In this document: positions 58,925 to 64,000 of the stretch, piece by piece
How the letters are laid out: every line of letters begins with the position of its first letter
How positions within the stretch are numbered: the first letter of the stretch is position 1
Assembly (NCBI GenBank): GCA_946965045.2
Contig: OX337235.1
Coordinates: 3,410,001-3,474,000 of the forward strand
DNA from: Epithemia pelagica
Lineage: Eukaryota > Protista > Bacillariophyta
DNA: 64,000 nt
Direction: 5' to 3'
Translations under genes and position numbers: made by a program
The notes under the pieces: generated by a model
What the model was told of the DNA's origin: nothing
Seen by the model: the letters and a program-made list of their open reading frames with translations, nothing else
The model's database searches: none

Positions 58925-60675
58925 CTATGGACAGGGACAATACCCCGAAGAACAATCACCCGGCAATTCATTGGTCGGAAGGTCGTAAATGGCAGTTTCT
59001 ACAATTTGTTGATCGTCGGGAAAGAATTCATTTGCGTAGCACCCGTCCACAAAGTCATACTTTTCACACAAGTCATAATAAAACTCGGTTCCCATCAAGG
59101 ATTGGATACAGGGGTTGACAATGTCGGCAAGCCCGGCACCCTTCTTGGCAATGGACAAGGTTGTTCCATTGCGGTACCACTCAAAGTGACCCGTGTGAAT
59201 GTAGGCAAATTCCGTCCCCAAACCATCCCACAGGTCGCAGTCCCAGGGAGTTTCTTCGGCAGTGTTGGCACAACTGAAACGTTCGGCCTGATCCGCATCT
59301 GTCAAAAAGAAAATCGTTCCATGGTGAGAGTTTCTGCAATTTAAGACAACAGCAACAGAACTAGCAATCCGCACACAAACACACGGGAAACTTACAGACA
59401 AACATGGCGTCGGCATTGCCGGCCAAGAGCGTTCGAAGGGCATCGTCGTTGGGGAGATCTGTCTCTTCATCGGGTTTGACGAAGGTGTAACCGGTAAAAG
59501 GCTCGTTGGTACAATGATTGTTCAACAAGGCCAAGTTTTCCGCGGTGGGTGCAAAGTCCTTGACATCCACCACACGAAGACCACTCAAGTTGGAGTTTCC
59601 GTCCACATTCACCGGGTTGCCATTTCCGTCCAAACGCGCCAAGACACCCGCCGCCTTGTTGTCGTTCAAAATGGCATGCGAGAATTCTGAGGAATGAAAA
59701 GGTTGTCAAAGCGTGTGAGATCTTTGTTTCGTCTCATTCGTAAAGGACAAAAACCCAGTGGAATACTCCAGGTCAAACCCAAAAGCAACGCTTGCACACT
59801 CTTACCCAAATATCGATTGCGGACTCCCGAAGCATGAGTGTAGGTGGCGCACCCATGATATTCTCCCGACGCCAAACCTGGGCCAATGCGATCGTCGCTC
59901 CAGCAACGATTCCACTGTGTTTGGACGATTTCCACATCCACGTCGCAAACCATCTATAGAATTGACAAGCAGAAGCAGAGCCGTTTCGTGAGAAGGTCCA
60001 TTAACATAAAACAATGTCGAAAATACCAGAACAGTGGAAATGTCCAGCTGGAGCCACGCGGAAACGTACCTCGAGACCCCTGGCGAAATCGGCTCCAAAC
60101 CCCGACAGGGGTTTGTCTTCTTCGGCTGGTCCCAATTGCGCATAGGGCGGATAATCAACGTCAATGGCAAAGTGCAACTTGGGACGATCCTTGCCAGGCA
60201 TGACACCTGGGAGCGGTGGTTCCAGTACCGTGTTGGCGCCACAGACTTGCTCTCCACCACCACTGCCACTCTTTTTCCCACCGCCCTTAGCATACTCTTC
60301 TTCTTCGGGGTATTCTTCCTTCTTACCACCACCCTTTCCCTTGCCCTTGCTGTAGTCCTCATAGTTCTTCTTGCCCTTCCCCTTGCCTTTGCTATAGTCA
60401 TCATCCGACTCTTCCTTCTTACCCTTGCCCTTGTCACTGTCGGAATCGTCATCCTTGACAAGCTTGTCTTTCTTGCCCTTTTTGTCATAGTAGACACCCG
60501 AGTCTTTTTTCTTCTCGGGCAAACGGCGCACTTCGGGATCAACCTGACCTTCCAGTCCTTGGTTGGAGGAAGATGTTCGCAAGGCTGCATGGGTGGTACC
60601 ATCCGCCGCGTCGCTGCCGCACAAGGCCAGCAGCAGGACCAGAGAGAAGACAGTTTGCTTGCTCGTTTCCATCAT
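58925..60675 (-). CDS. Secreted solute-binding protein family 3-like protein with Lys/Gly/Tyr/Asp-rich N-terminal domain, ~472 aa
   Basis: Exons 60675-60070, 59953-59806, 59686-59396 and 59298-58925 join in frame. Signal peptide present. FAIDVDYPPY..LSGFGADFARGL..VDVEIVQTQW..GLASGEY is the SBP_bac_3 pattern. Confidence 0.8.
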
Positions 60676-61593
60676 GGCTATAAATCTTTCTTTCTCGTGA
60701 TAGTGATCCTTGGAAGAATGGTAGGAAGCTTGGAAGATCTTGTTGGCGTGACAACACGTGGGTGGTGGGTGGTGGGTGCAAAAAATCAAGCTTTGATCAT
60801 CTATGATCTGCATCCGAGAAAGCTCTTTTCCCAGGGGAATAGGGAAATGAGGGACTTTTAGAGGAACATATAGACTGACTTTCGGATAAATAGTTTTTTT
60901 ACGCTACGAGAATTCTCTCTGGGCATCGTTTCTATTTGTCATGTACATTAACCTTACTATATTAGGACTGGATACCAGCAATGGACAGACGTATAGCCCC
61001 TCTTCTTGTCCAGTTAGAGCGCCAAAGGAAAAGTCCCAAAACTCTACCCCAGCTACGCATACGAGCACCTTCACCACGGTTTGTCAATCTAGACGAGCCC
61101 CAGTTTTATCACAATGACTATTCCAAACAATTCATCCTAAAGATATATGCACATTGCTTGCACATGTAGAGTGGGGAACTCTGGTTTACCAATCTTATGT
61201 CCCCGTACTGCGCATCCGACTTTGAGTGTTCCTACTTTTCATAATTCAAAACTTATCTGATAAATGAGGAGGCGCTAATAGCACAACAATCAACCCGCCT
61301 CGTCTACGAGCTCGTATGCATATGAACAGCTACAAGTAGAGAGCATCTACCTAGCTTTGTACATGCTTGTATGTGTAGTAGGTTGTAGGCAATAGTTTCG
61401 TCTGCGTTCGTCGTTCATCCCATCCTGTCTTTTGCCTGCATGAATAGTTGGTTGTCGCGTTAGGGTTTTTGCATCCGGTAGGCGAGGTAAGACCATTTGG
61501 GTTGCTCTACCTATCACTGTGTTCATGACAGAGGACGGTGCTCTGTTGCTGTGCCGTCGTCGCCAATTGTTTTGCCGTTTGGCCGAAACGAGC

Positions 61594-62135
61594 AGTTCAT
61601 TGTCGCCGCATGTCGTTGTCCCTGGTTCGGTGACAGCGAGTAGTTGATTGTTGCATGTGGCTTGTTTTGGTTGTTGTTGTTGGTGGTGGCGTCTGGAAGT
61701 GCTTCGTTCGGCAGCAGCGAGTAGTTGATTGTTGCGTTTGGCTTGTTGTTGTTGTTGTTGCGCCAAGTGTTTTGGTCACTTGTCGCTGGCGTTGTCATCG
61801 CTTGCCATCGTTGCCGTCGCTTATCGCAGATTTGCCCTGCTTGGTCCAATGGTGTTGAGGACGTTCTGCTCCCAATTGAATAACCCAGTTGATTGTTGTG
61901 TTCATTCGCTCTGTCGTTGTCGCGTCCGTTGTTTTGTTCGGTGGAGTCGATTGTTGCGCTCGTCTTATTTCGTTCGAGCGAGAAGTTGATTGTTGCATTC
62001 AGACCTCCAAACGGACAAGGATTTGATTATAGCCTTGAGACGAGCAGCTGATTGTGGTGGACAACAAGAGAATTGGTGCGTTTGGACAACGATTTGAGTT
62101 TGGAAGCCGTTTGAGAAGAGAGTTGATTGTTGTGT
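61594..62135. repeat. Irregular array of the motif AGTTGATTGTTG
   Basis: Copies start at ~61594, 61642, 61723, 61887, 61984, 62046 and 62121. A 21-bp exact repeat CAGCGAGTAGTTGATTGTTGC occurs at 61634 and 61715. Confidence 0.7.
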
Positions 62136-62841
62136 TGTTCGTTGTTGGACAAGAATCAGCCAATTGATTCGCAAATGCCCTTGTCGGAGCTCTTCCACGC
62201 ATCGATCATCCACCTGAATCCCTTTATCTACCGGCATCCATCACAAGTCATGATGCTATCGAACATTGTTGTCTTTCTTACGGATGTTGTTGTTGCTTCG
62301 TTCTTCGACCAAGTCGATTTGGTTGCTTCGAAATCCTCCAGTTGATTGCCGTGTGTCCTTGCCGTTGCTCTCCTACGCCTCATCCATCCATACCAAAGCA
62401 TCCATTGTCGTCCCTCCCTGCAATCTTCGTTCGTTCCATCATAATCCATCTCCAATGACGATCATCTCGTCGCGACCTTCCACCCCCAAAGTGGAAGTCT
62501 TTCCAAATGTTCTTGTAGGTCGATCAAACTCGCCAACTCAATACCGCCCTTTTCACCCATCACGGTACACTTGATTCTGAAGACTCCTTGATGGTCGGAG
62601 GAATGCTAGGACCTTTCGTTGGAGGTGCACACCGGCTTGAGTGTGCCATTGTGGTGTTATGCAGTGCAAAATGACCGTAGTGGTCTTCCTACGAAAATAG
62701 AATCACTATAGAGAAAACAGTGGAGGCCTTGAAAAGCACGGGCTACTGCTGTAACAATGTCAGTCCGGTGGAGCTCGTAAGTAGTATTGTGCCCACAATT
62801 CGTTGCTGGTTGGGTTCATTATATAGTAGTGTACGGGGATC

Positions 62842-63149
62842 AAAAGTTTTCCCGAAAGTCTCTCAAAAAGCTATCCTAAAACTCCGAACGTCTCTCAAAA
62901 AGCTATCCGAAAGTCTTTCATTTGACTTTTTCAGGCCTTTATAGCGAAATGAGAGACATTCGGGGAAACTTTCGTTTTTAGGGATAGGGTTAAACTTGGG
63001 AATGCAGTTGAAGTGGCACTGACAAGACAACTAGAGGGTCATTTTCTTTAAGAAGAGTCAATATGGAAGAGTAATGGAGACATCGACGGTCACTGGATGG
63101 TCTGTCCGAATGTCAGTCTAATTTTTGAAAGTTTCTCCGAACGTCTGTC
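62842..63149. repeat. Direct and inverted copies of a ~22-bp motif AAAGTTTyCCCGAAnGTCTCTC
   Basis: Direct copies at 62842, ~62879 and 63128, an inverted copy at 62951-62972, and a tandem TCTCTCAAAAAGCTATCC. Confidence 0.5.
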
Positions 63150-63278
63150 ATGAAAGTCCCTCATTTCACTCCTCTCTTTTCCCAGATGTTCCTAGGTATT
63201 CGTAAAGGGAAGATTGAGAAGAGGAGGATCCAGCAAAACGGCGGGTCGTGAGAAAGGCTCATTTTTTGGTCACAAGCC

Positions 63279-63893
63279 CGAAGAGACACTACGACAAACA
63301 TCCTTGGCACGTGCCGTTTCGGTCTGTCCGAGAGATCGCAGTCGGTTCTGTCACCGAAAACTTGGTCCGTTGAGATTTGTAAACAAGATTCTAAATCTAA
63401 ACGATAGACACATAGTTTTGCCGAAGGCCTCTGAAACCAAAAATGGCTCCAGGGCGGGGAAGGGGAAATTTTAAGATTAGCTAACTAGAATCGTTGCGAT
63501 CTCGAACTCGTCTCGTAGTCGTTGCAAAGATGCTGAACCCAAGAAGAGTGAGCTCTTCTCACGCTCCAACGACTCTGCATCAGGGTCATCCTAAAACTTC
63601 CGATTGTGGGAATCAAATCGGATGCTCGCCTCGCGTCGAGGAGGCGGAGCAGTCGCACCTCTGTTGTCGGTCGCGGAGTCTGGCCAGCATCCGCCACGTC
63701 ACTCCACCCAGTACAGACAACGAAGAGACACTACGACAAACATCCTTGGCACGTGCCGTTTCGGTCTGTCCGAGAGATCGCAGTCGGTTCTGTCACCGAA
63801 AACTTGGTCCGTTGAGATTTGTAAACAAGATTCTAAATCTAAACGATAGACACATAGTTTTGCCGAAGGCCTCTGAAACCAAAAATGGCTCCA
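63279..63893. repeat. Perfect 173-bp direct repeat pair (63279-63451 and 63721-63893) around a 269-bp spacer
   Basis: Base-by-base comparison showed no mismatch; period 442 bp. Confidence 0.95.
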
Positions 63894-64000
63894 CTACCAT
63901 CAAACCCGATATTACAATCCAACGATGTCCAGCTGGGCTAGAAGTCGAGATGGAGAGTGTTGGGGAAGTGATGTTGGGGATCTTGGCCATTGAAGGTGTT

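Noticed and set aside
61594-62135. CRISPR array near the Cas2-like gene
   Set aside because: Spacing is irregular, the core motif is short, the spacers are related to each other, it is 24 kb from the VapD-like ORF and there are no other cas genes.
63279-63893. Canonical LTR retrotransposon or TRIM call
   Set aside because: No TG..CA pair, TSD, PBS or correctly oriented PPT; reported only as a direct repeat.
63530-64000. Open plus-strand frame from ATG 63530 running off the window
   Set aside because: It passes through the non-coding-looking direct repeat and has no recognisable domain; it cannot be judged without downstream sequence.

Overview
Eukaryotic nuclear DNA. It has short GT-AG introns, CAA/CAG microsatellites and many secreted low-complexity proteins, which suggests a pennate diatom (inferred from the gene repertoire, not established). 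I reconstructed about 19 genes or gene fragments by hand, most with splice models whose joined length is a multiple of 3. They include an ABHD18-like hydrolase (partial), peroxisomal trans-2-enoyl-CoA reductase, a vanadium-haloperoxidase-like protein, a ~2590-aa six-module LRR surface protein and a ~1300-aa bacterial-like uncharacterised membrane protein. They also include an SLC4 transporter, a coiled-coil trypsin-like peptidase, a sulfotransferase, a triple-PhoD phosphatase gene with two in-frame TGA stops and an N-terminally truncated heme peroxidase. The rest are an SPFH protein, a triple-domain secreted protein, a Lys-rich solute-binding protein and several low-complexity or coiled-coil proteins. 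Repeats comprise one clear MITE and several direct repeats. The standout is a 93-aa intronless ORF at 37703-37984 (minus strand) that matches the VapD/Cas2-like ribonuclease pattern. It is followed after 52 nt by a second small ORF in an operon-like pair, and the cassette is bracketed by ~150-bp direct repeats. No rRNA, tRNA or CRISPR array was seen. All family assignments come from motif recognition, not from database searches.
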